Below, one piece after another: positions 36,457 through 46,710 of a stretch of 64,000 bases of DNA. The notes under the pieces are model-generated. The model was not told the origin of the DNA and made no database searches. It saw only the letters and a list, made by a program, of their open reading frames with translations. The DNA comes from an uncultured Candidatus Saccharibacteria bacterium (GTDB lineage: Bacteria; Patescibacteriota; Saccharimonadia; Saccharimonadales; CAZJQT01). Location of the stretch: contig CAZWRJ010000003.1 of assembly GCA_964636215.1 (NCBI GenBank), forward strand, positions 6,743-70,742, read 5' to 3'. Numbering within the stretch: the stretch's first letter is position 1; every line of letters starts with the position of its first letter. The translations under genes and the position numbers were made by a program.

Positions 36457-37542
36457 TTAGCTAGTAGTTATGTGTTCGAGATAAGCAGTTATAAATTCGT
36501 CTATTTGGCCATTAAGAACTTCGTTAGCGGCTGATGTTTCATGTTTAGAACGCAAGTCCTTAACCTGTTTATAGGGATGGAGTACGTAGCTACGAATCTG
36601 GTTTCCCCACTCCGCAGATTGATTAGGTCCCTTTAGCTGGCTGAGGTCTTCTAGGTGCTGTTCTTGTTGTAACTGAGCTAACTTGGAACGTAGGATAGCC
36701 ATAGCTGTTTCTTTGTTTTGCAACTGTGAACGCTCATTTTGTATAGCCACTGTAATATTGGTAGGTAAATGAGTGATGCGTACTGCCGAGTCGGTCGTAT
36801 TAACGGACTGCCCTCCCTTGCCACCACTACGGTAAACGTCAACTTTCAAGTCTTTGTCATCAATGTGAACTTCTTCAGGACTATCTATCTTGGGCAAGAC
36901 TTCAACCTTGGCGAAACTAGTTTGTCTGAGATTGTCGGCATTAAAAGGACTTAGCCTTACTAGACGATGCACGCCCTGTTCACCTTTAAGTTTGCCGTAA
37001 ACAAAAGGTCCATCAACTTCTATAGTTACACTTTTGAGTCCGGCTTCCTCGCCGGCTGATTCATCAATGGTTTTTGTCTGGAGTTTTTGGTTTTCGGCCC
37101 ATCGACTATACATTCTGAGTAACATTTGTGTCCAATCTTGAGCATCGGTGCCACCAGCGCCGGCATAAATACTCAGGATAACGTTATGGTCGTCATAGGG
37201 TTCGTTAAATAACAGTTCTTTTTTTAGGTTATCGTAGTCGGTTTTAAGATCGTTGAGTTGTTTGGTCAGTTCACTGAGCATAGATTCGTCCTTAGTACCT
37301 AGCAGCTCGACAACCTCACTGAGCTTATTTTCTAAATTGCGCCAAGCTTTGATCCGATTTTCTAAGCTAGCTTGCTCTTTCAATAGTTGTTGGGCGGCTG
37401 GTTGATCTTGCCAAAGGGCTGGATCAGCTGCCTTTGTATTAAGCCCTGCAAGTTTAGCTTCTAGAGCTTTAATCTTAATTCTTTCTAGTGTCGCCACAAG
37501 CTCTGACTGTAATTCATGTGCTTGTTTATCCAGTGGTTGCAT
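36457..37542 (-). CDS. prfB: peptide chain release factor 2 (no programmed frameshift)
   Basis: GGQ and SPF motifs are present in a single uninterrupted ORF. Confidence 0.9.
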   Translation of the reverse strand: MQPLDKQAHELQSELVATLERIKIKALEAKLAGLNTKAADPALWQDQPAAQQLLKEQASLENRIKAWRNLENKLSEVVELLGTKDESMLSELTKQLNDLKTDYDNLKKELLFNEPYDDHNVILSIYAGAGGTDAQDWTQMLLRMYSRWAENQKLQTKTIDESAGEEAGLKSVTIEVDGPFVYGKLKGEQGVHRLVRLSPFNADNLRQTSFAKVEVLPKIDSPEEVHIDDKDLKVDVYRSGGKGGQSVNTTDSAVRITHLPTNITVAIQNERSQLQNKETAMAILRSKLAQLQQEQHLEDLSQLKGPNQSAEWGNQIRSYVLHPYKQVKDLRSKHETSAANEVLNGQIDEFITAYLEHITTS

Positions 37543-37560
37543 ATATTCCTATTATAGGCT

Positions 37561-38850
37561 TTAACTTGACCATAGTGGGTCCAGGATAGCGACTAGTTGT
37601 TCACGAAGTTCCTGGGGGGCACTACCCAAAAAGCCGATGCCATAGTGAGGCTCAACGAAGAAAGCTTTTGCAATATCAACGATTTGTTCTTTGGTTATTG
37701 CTTTGATCCGTGCGGGAATTTGATAATAATCATCGATGTAATCATCAAAGAAATAGCGACCACTGTAACCATTAGCTACCCCACTAACGGTTTGGCCACT
37801 ACGCTGGAAGCGCCCTAACAGATATTGCTGAGCAGCAGCTATATCGGTATGGCTTATATCACCTTGGCATATGGCTGCTAATTCATTAGCCATGACTGTG
37901 AATAAGGCTACGGCATTATCTGCTGTGACTTGACTACCGAACCACCAATTAGCAGCTAGCTTAGTTTGCAGAAAACTAGAGTTCATACCGTACACCAGAC
38001 CGCGTTCCCTAGCCTCGCCCAAAATACGCGAGTGAAGTGTTTCGGTTAGCATGGTATTCAGTAGCCCAAGGGTGTCGGCTTCATCCTCGCTCAAGCGACG
38101 ATCCAGGAAGCTATCAATATAAAAGTGGATATTTTCAACTGTCCGGTTAGGAATATGCAATGGTTTTCTTAGACCTTTTGGTCGTTCATCGGGTAGATCA
38201 ATGCGTCGATCCCCTTTTGATAAATCCATAGTCTCAAGTAGTTCTACTAGCCGCGCTTGTCGGTTAGCTGTTAGTTTACCGGCAATTACAAAACGCATAT
38301 TCTTGGTGAAATGGGTTTTTTCATAATGCTTCTTTATATCCTCTACCCCAACGTTTTTCATACGTTTCAGGCGTTCTTGATCAGTCAAAACTCTATATCC
38401 GTATGCTTGGCGCAAAGCTAAACTGAGGTGCCTAAAATGATTATTAGAACGCCCGGTCATTTCTTCACGTACGTTACCGTATTCGGCTTTGAATTCATCA
38501 TCTAAAAAGAGTGGCTTACTAATGGCCGTTAGTAACAAGTCGCCAATTCGCTCCCATTCAAAATCGGCGCATTCCGCTTCGTAAGTGATGTCATAGCTAC
38601 CGGTGCTGGCGTTGCAATAAGCGCCGTTCTTTTCAAATTCTGCCTGGAACGCCCTAGCCCGTGGAATAAGTTCGTTAGCCCCAAGCAGTAAGTGCTCCAT
38701 TAGATGAGCTACTTCCCATTTAGCTGGTGGTGCTAGAAAATCTCCTGCCCTAAAGTTGACTTCAAGACTCATAACCGTAGCCCCCGGGACGTGGACAAAC
38801 AAGCCCTGTGCCCCATTCTTTAGGCGATGGCTAGTTACAGCGTGTTTCAT
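37561..38850 (-). CDS. M16 family zinc peptidase
   Basis: HLMEHLLL is the inverted HxxEH motif. Confidence 0.75.
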   Translation of the reverse strand: MKHAVTSHRLKNGAQGLFVHVPGATVMSLEVNFRAGDFLAPPAKWEVAHLMEHLLLGANELIPRARAFQAEFEKNGAYCNASTGSYDITYEAECADFEWERIGDLLLTAISKPLFLDDEFKAEYGNVREEMTGRSNNHFRHLSLALRQAYGYRVLTDQERLKRMKNVGVEDIKKHYEKTHFTKNMRFVIAGKLTANRQARLVELLETMDLSKGDRRIDLPDERPKGLRKPLHIPNRTVENIHFYIDSFLDRRLSEDEADTLGLLNTMLTETLHSRILGEARERGLVYGMNSSFLQTKLAANWWFGSQVTADNAVALFTVMANELAAICQGDISHTDIAAAQQYLLGRFQRSGQTVSGVANGYSGRYFFDDYIDDYYQIPARIKAITKEQIVDIAKAFFVEPHYGIGFLGSAPQELREQLVAILDPLWSS

Positions 38851-41442
38851 CTATTTACGACGGCCTTTTTTGCGTCGTTGGCGTTCAGCTTTACGCGTTT
38901 TTTTAATCTTGGATTTACTTTTAGTTTTTTCGGCAGCAACTTTTTCTGCTGGCACAAAATCGGTTTCGGTAAACTCATCAGAATCAATAATTTGATCGGC
39001 GTTTTCTACCGAGCGGCGGGCAGCTCTAGTAAGCTCAGTTTCGGCGGGCTCATCAGGGTTGACTGGTTGGGCGTTAAATAGAGCCTTGACCGTATCCTGC
39101 CTAAGAGTTTGTTGCATTTGGTCAAACATAATTTGAGATTGTCGACGGTATTCTACTAGGGGGTCACGTTGACCAATGCTTATCCAATGAATACCTTGGC
39201 GCAGGTGATCCATGCTCTCTAGGTGTTGCATCCAAAGGTTATCTAGAATCTGAAGATAGATATCGCGTTCGATTTTACGCATTACTTCAGATCCAAAGGC
39301 TTTTTCGCGGCTATCGTAAAGTTTGTTGGCTTCCTTATGTAACACCTCTCCGAAGTTCGCAGCCTCACTGTCAAATACCCGGTCAAGTTGTTTATCGTCA
39401 AAAGGAAAGAGTTCGCTAACGGCTGTTTCTAATTGATCTCCAAGTGTGAGAGCGGCAGCAGCTAGGGCTTTGGTTTCATCAGAAATATATAGTTTTATGC
39501 GTTTTTGAATATCAGCTTCATGTAAGATCTCGCGGCGCATAGTATAGATGGCTCGCCTATGACGATTCATAACATCATCGTATTGAACGACGTTTTTACG
39601 AGCGTCAAAGTTGTAGCCTTCAACTTTTTTCTGGGCACCTTCTAGGCTTTTACTAATCACTCTGTTTTCGATTGGTGTCTCATCATCAACACCTAAGCGA
39701 TTCATAATAGCGGCAATTCGTTCACCACCGAAAATGCGCATCAAGTCGTCTTCGGTACTAACGAAAAATTGAGTAACACCAGGGTCGCCCTGTCGTCCAG
39801 AACGGCCTCTTAGCTGGTTATCAATACGTCTTGATTCATGTCTCTCGCTGCCTAAAACAAATAAGCCGCCTAGTTCTTTCACTTCTTCGCTAAGCACGAT
39901 GTCTGTACCTCGTCCGGCGATGTTAGTAGCTAGAGTCACAGCCCCTCGTTGACCAGCCTTGGCAACAACGGCCGCTTCGTGTTCATTATTTTTGGCGTTT
40001 AGGGTTTCATGTTTAACACCGGCTTTAGCCAAAGCCTGACTCAGAGCTTCGTTCTTTTCAACTGATACCGTTCCAATTAAAACCGGTTGACCTTTATGGT
40101 GCAAGGCGTTTACCTCTCGCACAATGGCTTTGAACTTACCCGATTCAGTACGATAGATTCGGTCCGAACGATCAAGTCGAACTATCCGCCGGTTAGATGG
40201 AACTTGGACGACGTCTAGTTTATAAATTTGGTGAAATTCTTCGCTTTCGGTTTCAGCTGTACCTGTCATACCTGATAATTTGGCGTAGAGTCTAAAGTAG
40301 TTCTGAAAGCTAATGGTTGCTAGGGTCATTGATTCCTCTTGAACTTCTACGCCTTCTTTAGCTTCAATAGCCTGGTGTAATCCTTCGTTATAACGCCGCC
40401 CTTTCAACAGACGCCCAGTAAACTCATCAACGATAACTACTTCACCGTCCTTGGTAACTACATAGTCTTTGTCGCGATGAAATAAGGCTTGGGCTTTTAG
40501 GGCTTGTTCGAGGTGATAAATAGTTCGAATATTTTCGGTCCCATACAAACTGTCAATGCCTAGGATTTTTTCAACATGTTCAATTCCAGCATCAGTTAGT
40601 ACGACGGCCTTACGTTTTTCGTCAGTTTCAAAGTCAGCATCTTTTTTTAGCTGGCGAGTTACTTTGGCAAACTGGGAATAGGCTGTACCACTAGTAATTG
40701 ATGGAGCACTAATAATTAACGGCGTCCTGGCTTCGTCGATTAAAATTGAGTCCACTTCGTCGACTATGGCAAAATTTAACTCACGCTGACGCAGTTGGTC
40801 GACTTCCCTAACCATGTTGTCGCGAAGATAGTCGAAACCAAATTCGTTGTTGGTTCCATAGGTAATATCAGCCGCATAAGCTTCCTGTCGGGTGCAAGGC
40901 TCTAGGTGGCGAAAGCGTGGATCACTATGATTTTTATTTTCAAATTTGGCGTTATAGCGGTAGGATTCATCAGCGATGATGACACCTACACTGAGTCCTA
41001 AGAAATCATAAATTTGCCCCATCCAACCAGCATCACGTTGAGCCAGATAATCGTTTACGGTCACGATATGTGCGCCTTTACCGTCAAGAGCATTTAGGAA
41101 GATAGGCAGGGTGGCAACTAGAGTTTTACCTTCACCGGTCTTCATCTCGGCTACCTTTCCTTCATGGAGCACCATGCCACCAACTAGCTGAACATCAAAA
41201 TGTCTTTGATTTAGGGTGCGCGTTGAGGCTTCGCGAACTAGCGCAAAAGCTTCTGGCAAAATTTGATCGAGTGATTTATTTTCTAATTGTTTTTTTAAAA
41301 TGGTAGTTTGATCTTTTAGTTGTTTGTCGGTCATTTTGTGGAACTTGGGTTCAAGAGCATTAATTTCTTTGACACGACGACCTAGACGTTTGAGCGTCTT
41401 TGCCTGGGGGTCACCAAGAATTCTTTTAATTACTCGTTTCAC
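38851..41442 (-). CDS. secA: preprotein translocase ATPase SecA
   Basis: DEAD-like motor domains and a basic C-terminal tail; GTG start. Confidence 0.95.
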   Translation of the reverse strand: MKRVIKRILGDPQAKTLKRLGRRVKEINALEPKFHKMTDKQLKDQTTILKKQLENKSLDQILPEAFALVREASTRTLNQRHFDVQLVGGMVLHEGKVAEMKTGEGKTLVATLPIFLNALDGKGAHIVTVNDYLAQRDAGWMGQIYDFLGLSVGVIIADESYRYNAKFENKNHSDPRFRHLEPCTRQEAYAADITYGTNNEFGFDYLRDNMVREVDQLRQRELNFAIVDEVDSILIDEARTPLIISAPSITSGTAYSQFAKVTRQLKKDADFETDEKRKAVVLTDAGIEHVEKILGIDSLYGTENIRTIYHLEQALKAQALFHRDKDYVVTKDGEVVIVDEFTGRLLKGRRYNEGLHQAIEAKEGVEVQEESMTLATISFQNYFRLYAKLSGMTGTAETESEEFHQIYKLDVVQVPSNRRIVRLDRSDRIYRTESGKFKAIVREVNALHHKGQPVLIGTVSVEKNEALSQALAKAGVKHETLNAKNNEHEAAVVAKAGQRGAVTLATNIAGRGTDIVLSEEVKELGGLFVLGSERHESRRIDNQLRGRSGRQGDPGVTQFFVSTEDDLMRIFGGERIAAIMNRLGVDDETPIENRVISKSLEGAQKKVEGYNFDARKNVVQYDDVMNRHRRAIYTMRREILHEADIQKRIKLYISDETKALAAAALTLGDQLETAVSELFPFDDKQLDRVFDSEAANFGEVLHKEANKLYDSREKAFGSEVMRKIERDIYLQILDNLWMQHLESMDHLRQGIHWISIGQRDPLVEYRRQSQIMFDQMQQTLRQDTVKALFNAQPVNPDEPAETELTRAARRSVENADQIIDSDEFTETDFVPAEKVAAEKTKSKSKIKKTRKAERQRRKKGRRK

Positions 41443-41537
41443 TAATTCCTCTTAGTCAGTTTGGAGTCGTTTTCTGAAATCCATCCCATTGTACCGCAAG
41501 TTTTACAGAGATGCGAGGCCATTTAGGGCCCGGTTTT

Positions 41538-41897
41538 CTAACTATTTCTTTTTATTCTAGCCAAAAGACGCCTATGGATTCTAAGGCTATTATGGGTATC
41601 TTTGTATTTTTTTAGCTGGTTTTTTAATTTAGCTTCTACGATATCGACGGCCGCATAGATATTTACAGTCGCTTCCTTGGTGGTTAAGGTTTCTTTTGGC
41701 AGGTGTAGGATAACTTCACAGATGCAATTTTTCTTGGCTTTAATCATCTCTTCTTTCAAAAAAACTTCAGCATGTAGGCTTTCCCGGCTATGACGAGATA
41801 CAAAGCGATCTAACCTACCAAGTTTTTTAGTAGTGTAATCAAATAATTTTGGGTCGATATGTAAATGAACACCGTGAATTTCTATTTTTTTGATCAT
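41538..41897 (-). CDS. hpf: ribosome hibernation promoting factor (RaiA/HPF)
   Basis: 119 aa, matches the HPF short form. Confidence 0.8.
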   Translation of the reverse strand: MIKKIEIHGVHLHIDPKLFDYTTKKLGRLDRFVSRHSRESLHAEVFLKEEMIKAKKNCICEVILHLPKETLTTKEATVNIYAAVDIVEAKLKNQLKKYKDTHNSLRIHRRLLARIKRNS

Positions 41898-43201
41898 AGT
41901 TTTTCGCGGTTCCCTAAATAAGACTTGAGTACCTCGGGCACCCAGATGCTGCCGTCCTTGTCTTGATAATTTTCGACGATTGCAGCAAGCGTTCGCCCCA
42001 AGGCAAAGGCCGTGGCATCGTTAGTGTGGACTAATTCCAGATCGCCACTAGGCCGTCGCAATTTAGTATTTAGGGCTCTGGCTTGGTAGTCGCTCATAAA
42101 GTCAGCAGTATGAGTTTCAATGTAGCGTTTTTGTCCTGGGAACCAACAGTTTAGATCGACGCCGTTGGCATTAGGCATTCCGATATCGGCAGTGCATTTT
42201 TGGATATACTGATAAGGTAATTTAAGCTGATTAATTAAGTACTCCTGAACAACAATCAATAGTTGGTGCTCTCTTAGCCCTGTCTCGGGTGTACTAAAGA
42301 CTTCTAGTTCTAGTTTGTCGAACTGATGCATCCTAATCAATCCTTCGGTATCCTTACCGTAGGTGCCGGCTTCACGACGGAAACTGGTGCTGTATCCTAG
42401 ATAACGAATCGGTAACTCTTCTTCACTTAGGATTTCGTCCATATATAACGTACATAGACTATGTTCGGCGCTGGCATTCAGCCACAAATCATCGCTAGCC
42501 AATTTGTAGGTAACTTCTTCAGCATTTAATCGTCCAGAAGCTAAGTAAGGCCTAGTTTTAATCAGAGCCGGTGGTAAAACAGCCTTAAAAGGCGTTGGTT
42601 TAAGTTCCAGGTTATTATCGCTAATGAGCTTCTCAACGGTCGCTTGATCAGTAAGAGTATTTATAACGAACTGTACCAGAGCAAACTGCAGCGAAACAAC
42701 ATCACCTATAAGATATGCAAAACGACTACCAGCGACTTTAGCTGCTCGTATCTTATCAAGCTGCCCGGTCATTTGCATAAGCTCCCAGTGATTTCTGGGC
42801 TCAAAATCAAAGGGATGTGGTTCGCCGACTGTTCTCACCACTACATTTTCGGTTTCGTTGGCACCAACAGGCACGTTGTCTAATGGCAAATTTGGCACTT
42901 GTCTTAAAAGTGCTTGGTATTCTTGTTCGACTGAACTTAATTGGTGTTCAAGATCAGTGAGTTTGATCTTAAGTTCCCTGCCTTGAACAACTTGTTGTTG
43001 GTTTGGCTTTTGGCCTTTACTGCTGGCAGTTAGTTGGTTACGTTTTTGTCTTAAGTCTTCTACTTGAGCAAGTAATTCGCGGCGCTTGGAGTCAAACCCC
43101 AGTAGCTGTTTTATATCAACGTCGTAACCCTTTTGTTTGGCTTTTTCCTGGACCTGGTCAGGCTTCTCACGGATAAGTTGGATATCAAGCATAGTAGCCA
43201 T
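41894..43201 (-). CDS. serS: serine--tRNA ligase
   Basis: N-terminal coiled coil and a class II core. Confidence 0.9.
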   Translation of the reverse strand: MATMLDIQLIREKPDQVQEKAKQKGYDVDIKQLLGFDSKRRELLAQVEDLRQKRNQLTASSKGQKPNQQQVVQGRELKIKLTDLEHQLSSVEQEYQALLRQVPNLPLDNVPVGANETENVVVRTVGEPHPFDFEPRNHWELMQMTGQLDKIRAAKVAGSRFAYLIGDVVSLQFALVQFVINTLTDQATVEKLISDNNLELKPTPFKAVLPPALIKTRPYLASGRLNAEEVTYKLASDDLWLNASAEHSLCTLYMDEILSEEELPIRYLGYSTSFRREAGTYGKDTEGLIRMHQFDKLELEVFSTPETGLREHQLLIVVQEYLINQLKLPYQYIQKCTADIGMPNANGVDLNCWFPGQKRYIETHTADFMSDYQARALNTKLRRPSGDLELVHTNDATAFALGRTLAAIVENYQDKDGSIWVPEVLKSYLGNREKL

Positions 43202-43311
43202 TATAACTTTAAGCTCCGCTAACTGTAAAAACTAAAGTGGACTTTACTAGATTTTGGTTATACTGGTGATCTATAGTGTTCGCAGGTTAAGTTGTAAGGA
43301 GTAAATCGGTT

Positions 43312-44022
43312 ATGGCTACAGAGGTACGCATCCACCATGCTCAAACCAGTATTCTCAGGGAGTTATTGTTCCATCCAGAGGCCGGTTATGCTGAGCTTCA
43401 AAAACCAACTGGACTAGGTAGTGATCATTTCAATTTTCATATTGCCCGCCTGATTGAGCTTGGATTAGTCGAAAAACTAGCCCGAGGCCGATACCGATTA
43501 ACGCCTCGTGGCAAAGAATATGCCAATCGTCTTGATACCGACAATAACACCGTTGAACGGCAACCAAAATCGGCTGTCATTCTGGCTCTTGAGCGTGAAC
43601 ATAGGGGCAAAAAACAATATTTATTTCAAGAACGACTGAAGAATCCCTATTTCGGTTTTTGGGGGTTGCCTAGTGGTAAGATCCGATGGGGCGAAACTAT
43701 AGTTCAGACTGCTGAACGGGAATCCATGGAAGAAACCGGCCTCAGTGCTGATTTTGAAGTAGCTGGCGTTTATCATGAGCATGTTATCCAGGAAGAAACT
43801 GGCGAATTACTAGAAGATAAAATTTTCTTTGTCACTAGTGGACGTAACCCAACTGGTAAACTTAAAGTTAATTTCGAGGGTGGCCATAATGAATGGATGA
43901 GTTTTGAGGCGGCCGGTAAAAAAGATAAAAAATTTGATAGCTTTAAGACCGAGATTGACATTTTAAGCACCAAGAGTTGGTTGATAGAACGAACTGTTTA
44001 CTACAATAAAAATTCTTTCTAG
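43312..44022 (+). CDS. NUDIX hydrolase with N-terminal winged HTH
   Basis: GLPSGKIRWGETIVQTAERESMEETG is a Nudix box. Confidence 0.75.
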   Translation: MATEVRIHHAQTSILRELLFHPEAGYAELQKPTGLGSDHFNFHIARLIELGLVEKLARGRYRLTPRGKEYANRLDTDNNTVERQPKSAVILALEREHRGKKQYLFQERLKNPYFGFWGLPSGKIRWGETIVQTAERESMEETGLSADFEVAGVYHEHVIQEETGELLEDKIFFVTSGRNPTGKLKVNFEGGHNEWMSFEAAGKKDKKFDSFKTEIDILSTKSWLIERTVYYNKNSF

Positions 44023-44024
44023 TG

Positions 44025-44429
44025 ATGCGGCCACGAGTAGTTATCTCTGGCACCTACCACCGCGATCCAACTGGTTTAAAACGCCTGTTTAGAGAGCTTG
44101 AGGTCACAGGCTGTCGAGTTCTGTCCCCTATTGCCCTTGATTTTGAAGACATAACCAAACCAGTGGTTAGTACTAAAAACGAGTTTGATCTGGGTATTAG
44201 GGAGTTAGAATTATTTCACCTTAGAGCGATGCGAGAAGCTGACTTTATATGGCTACACGATCCAGCTGGTCATATTGGCCTTAGTACGGCTTACGAGCTA
44301 GGTTTTGCCAGTGCTTTATGTAAACCGGTATATTGCTATCAAAATCCGGTAGATGAAATGTTAAGATCCAGGGTTAAGCTAGCCGGTTCAGTTTTTGAAG
44401 CCCTGGAGAACTTACAGCTACTTACTTAA
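44025..44429 (+). CDS. nucleoside 2-deoxyribosyltransferase-like protein (second copy)
   Basis: ADFIWLHDPAGHIGLSTAYELGFA. The track start is a GTG at 44022 and the ATG is at 44025. Confidence 0.5.
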   Translation: MRPRVVISGTYHRDPTGLKRLFRELEVTGCRVLSPIALDFEDITKPVVSTKNEFDLGIRELELFHLRAMREADFIWLHDPAGHIGLSTAYELGFASALCKPVYCYQNPVDEMLRSRVKLAGSVFEALENLQLLT

Positions 44430-45215
44430 CTTTTTTGTCGGTTTGATTGCCGAGAGTGTTAGTTTGGTGCGAGCTTTGGCATAGGTGCAAAATTCACAAT
44501 CTCCACCCATGGCAGCTTTGCCAACGGCTGGTATCGATCCGTCCATGGTACTTTTCATCTTTTTAAGAGTTGGTTCTATCCAGTTATCGTTAGCTTTATA
44601 AGGGATTACCTTGGTTCGAAATTCGATGCGATCAAAAAAGCCATCGACGTCCAATCGGCCGTTGGTGTAAATAAAATAGGCAGTATCGTTTACTTTGAAA
44701 CCATTTTGTCTCAGTAGCCACTGATAGACTTCCATCTGGCGTTTATAGCTAATCTGCCATTCAGCGTCCAGGGTTACTTCTGAAGCTTTGGCAGTAGCCT
44801 TATAGTCAACTACTATTAACTCACCCTTGTCGTTAATCCAAACGTCGTCTATAGCTCCAAAAATATGCAAGTTGGTTGATTGGTGAAGTGTTGATACACC
44901 CGTGAAGTTAGCCCGCCATTTGGCCAAATCTTGGTGCGCAAATGGCACTGCTTTGATCTGATTATCAACCATTAAAGGGTGTGGTTCGCCCTTAGCCCTG
45001 TAGTTGTCGAATTCTTTTTTTAATAATTCATCGACAGCTTTATTGATCTGGAATGGTGGACCATTCGGTCTTTTGATTTTGAGGCGCACATCTAGCCAAA
45101 AACAACGCGGACACTGCATAAACAATTCGATTTTACTACGACTAAGTTTAAACACTGTCGTCTGGTCCGGTTGATACGGTTTACTGCGCTCTGACCAGTA
45201 ATTATTGCCTGCCAT
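44418..45215 (-). CDS. PD-(D/E)XK nuclease, Cas4-like with four Cys
   Basis: CPRC at the N-terminus, IDD...VVDYK, and DCEFC at the C-terminus. Confidence 0.65.
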   Translation of the reverse strand: MAGNNYWSERSKPYQPDQTTVFKLSRSKIELFMQCPRCFWLDVRLKIKRPNGPPFQINKAVDELLKKEFDNYRAKGEPHPLMVDNQIKAVPFAHQDLAKWRANFTGVSTLHQSTNLHIFGAIDDVWINDKGELIVVDYKATAKASEVTLDAEWQISYKRQMEVYQWLLRQNGFKVNDTAYFIYTNGRLDVDGFFDRIEFRTKVIPYKANDNWIEPTLKKMKSTMDGSIPAVGKAAMGGDCEFCTYAKARTKLTLSAIKPTKKLSK

Positions 45216-45258
45216 GTCAGACTATTGTAACAGGTCGAGGTGTGTGCAGATGCTTGGT

Positions 45259-46122
45259 TTAGCGCATTAAACCGATAACTAGAACCAGACCAAAACCTAG
45301 TTTGGTAGCCAAACTAATTAGTGTGTAGTTTCGCTCAACAACTATATAATCGCGCCAGTTTTTATAGTCTCTCAGGAAGTTGTATTGGTTGAAGGCGTAA
45401 AGAACTAACGAGGCGACCAAACCGACAAATAAAGCATAGGTATACCAAGGACAACGAACCATACCATAGATTAAGGTAGCTATTAGAGGCATAGCAAGCA
45501 GTACAATCAACACTGCTTTGGTTAGCACTAGCAAAGTAAAAGTAGTCTTACTCCGACCACCATTTAGCTTTTTGTGACGTTCCCCTAACCAGCCAAACAT
45601 AGCCACTAGAACCATAGTTAAACCAATTAACTTTAGACTAACAACATCTTGGATACCTGATAACAGGGCGATAACTTCTACCATGACAGCTCCAGTAACA
45701 GCCAGGTCCAGCCAACGCCAGAAAACTATTTTATTATCAAGGGCTCTTTGATATTTCTTGGGATACTTAAACATATAAAGCAGCGGAACGATGAGTGATA
45801 AGACCATGACTGCGACAACTGCCCAACGTAACTGTAAATCCCATAATCTCCTAGAAGCAGAAACCAAAACTGCCGAAGAGTTACTAGCTAGAGCATCTTG
45901 TGTTACATAAGGCATAGTAATTGGTAGAGTAGCGTGTTTCATAAAGAACACTGCTGCTAGAGCTAAAAGTCCGAAAACCACTGCACTTACAGTGTGTAGG
46001 CGTCGTAGTCCTTTTACTATCGCAAACTTAGACGTTACAGAAGCTGTAGAGTTCTTGGCTGCGACGGTTTTTTTGTTAGTTGTTTTTGATTTTGCCTTCG
46101 TAGTTCTTTTCTTGGTTGCCAT
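45259..46122 (-). CDS. integral membrane hypothetical protein
   Basis: A basic N-terminus and about eight TM helices. Confidence 0.5.
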   Translation of the reverse strand: MATKKRTTKAKSKTTNKKTVAAKNSTASVTSKFAIVKGLRRLHTVSAVVFGLLALAAVFFMKHATLPITMPYVTQDALASNSSAVLVSASRRLWDLQLRWAVVAVMVLSLIVPLLYMFKYPKKYQRALDNKIVFWRWLDLAVTGAVMVEVIALLSGIQDVVSLKLIGLTMVLVAMFGWLGERHKKLNGGRSKTTFTLLVLTKAVLIVLLAMPLIATLIYGMVRCPWYTYALFVGLVASLVLYAFNQYNFLRDYKNWRDYIVVERNYTLISLATKLGFGLVLVIGLMR

Positions 46123-46175
46123 AGAGAGGAGTATATCACTTTATTGAAATTCACAAGTGGCTTAAACTTAGGGTT

Positions 46176-46706
46176 GTGAATGAATTAGCGACATTAGGTG
46201 GAGGTTGTTTCTGGTGCCTGGAGGCTTACTTCTTGCGTGTCAAAGGTATTATATCGGTTGTATCAGGGTACGCTGGAGGCACAGTTAAGAGCCCGACGTA
46301 TGAACAGGTCTGTAATGGTACTACAGGTCACGCTGAGGTCGTGCAGCTAAAGTTTGACCCAAAAATCATTAGTTACCGAGAGATCTTGGAGATCTTTTTT
46401 GTGATGCACGATCCAACAACCTTAAATCGACAAGGTAATGATGTCGGTGATCAATATCGCTCGGTGATTTTCTACCATTCCGAGGATCAAAAAAAGATAG
46501 CCAATGAGATGATTGAAGGTTTTGCAGCAAGAACCTGGAAGGGCCCTATAGTGACTCAGTTATTGCTTTTTAAGGAATTTTACGCCGCTGAGAACTATCA
46601 TCAAGATTTTTATAATCGTAACCCAAATCAAGGCTATTGTATGATGATTATTGATCCGAAGTTCCAGAAACTACGTCAAAAATTCGCCGAAAAACTGAAG
46701 GATTAA
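46176..46706 (+). CDS. msrA: peptide methionine sulfoxide reductase MsrA
   Basis: GGGCFWC motif; GTG start. Confidence 0.9.
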   Translation: MNELATLGGGCFWCLEAYFLRVKGIISVVSGYAGGTVKSPTYEQVCNGTTGHAEVVQLKFDPKIISYREILEIFFVMHDPTTLNRQGNDVGDQYRSVIFYHSEDQKKIANEMIEGFAARTWKGPIVTQLLLFKEFYAAENYHQDFYNRNPNQGYCMMIIDPKFQKLRQKFAEKLKD

Positions 46707-46710
46707 ATTA

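Noticed and set aside
36457-37542. Programmed +1 frameshift in prfB
   Set aside because: The ORF is continuous from the ATG and no in-frame UGA sits near codon 25.
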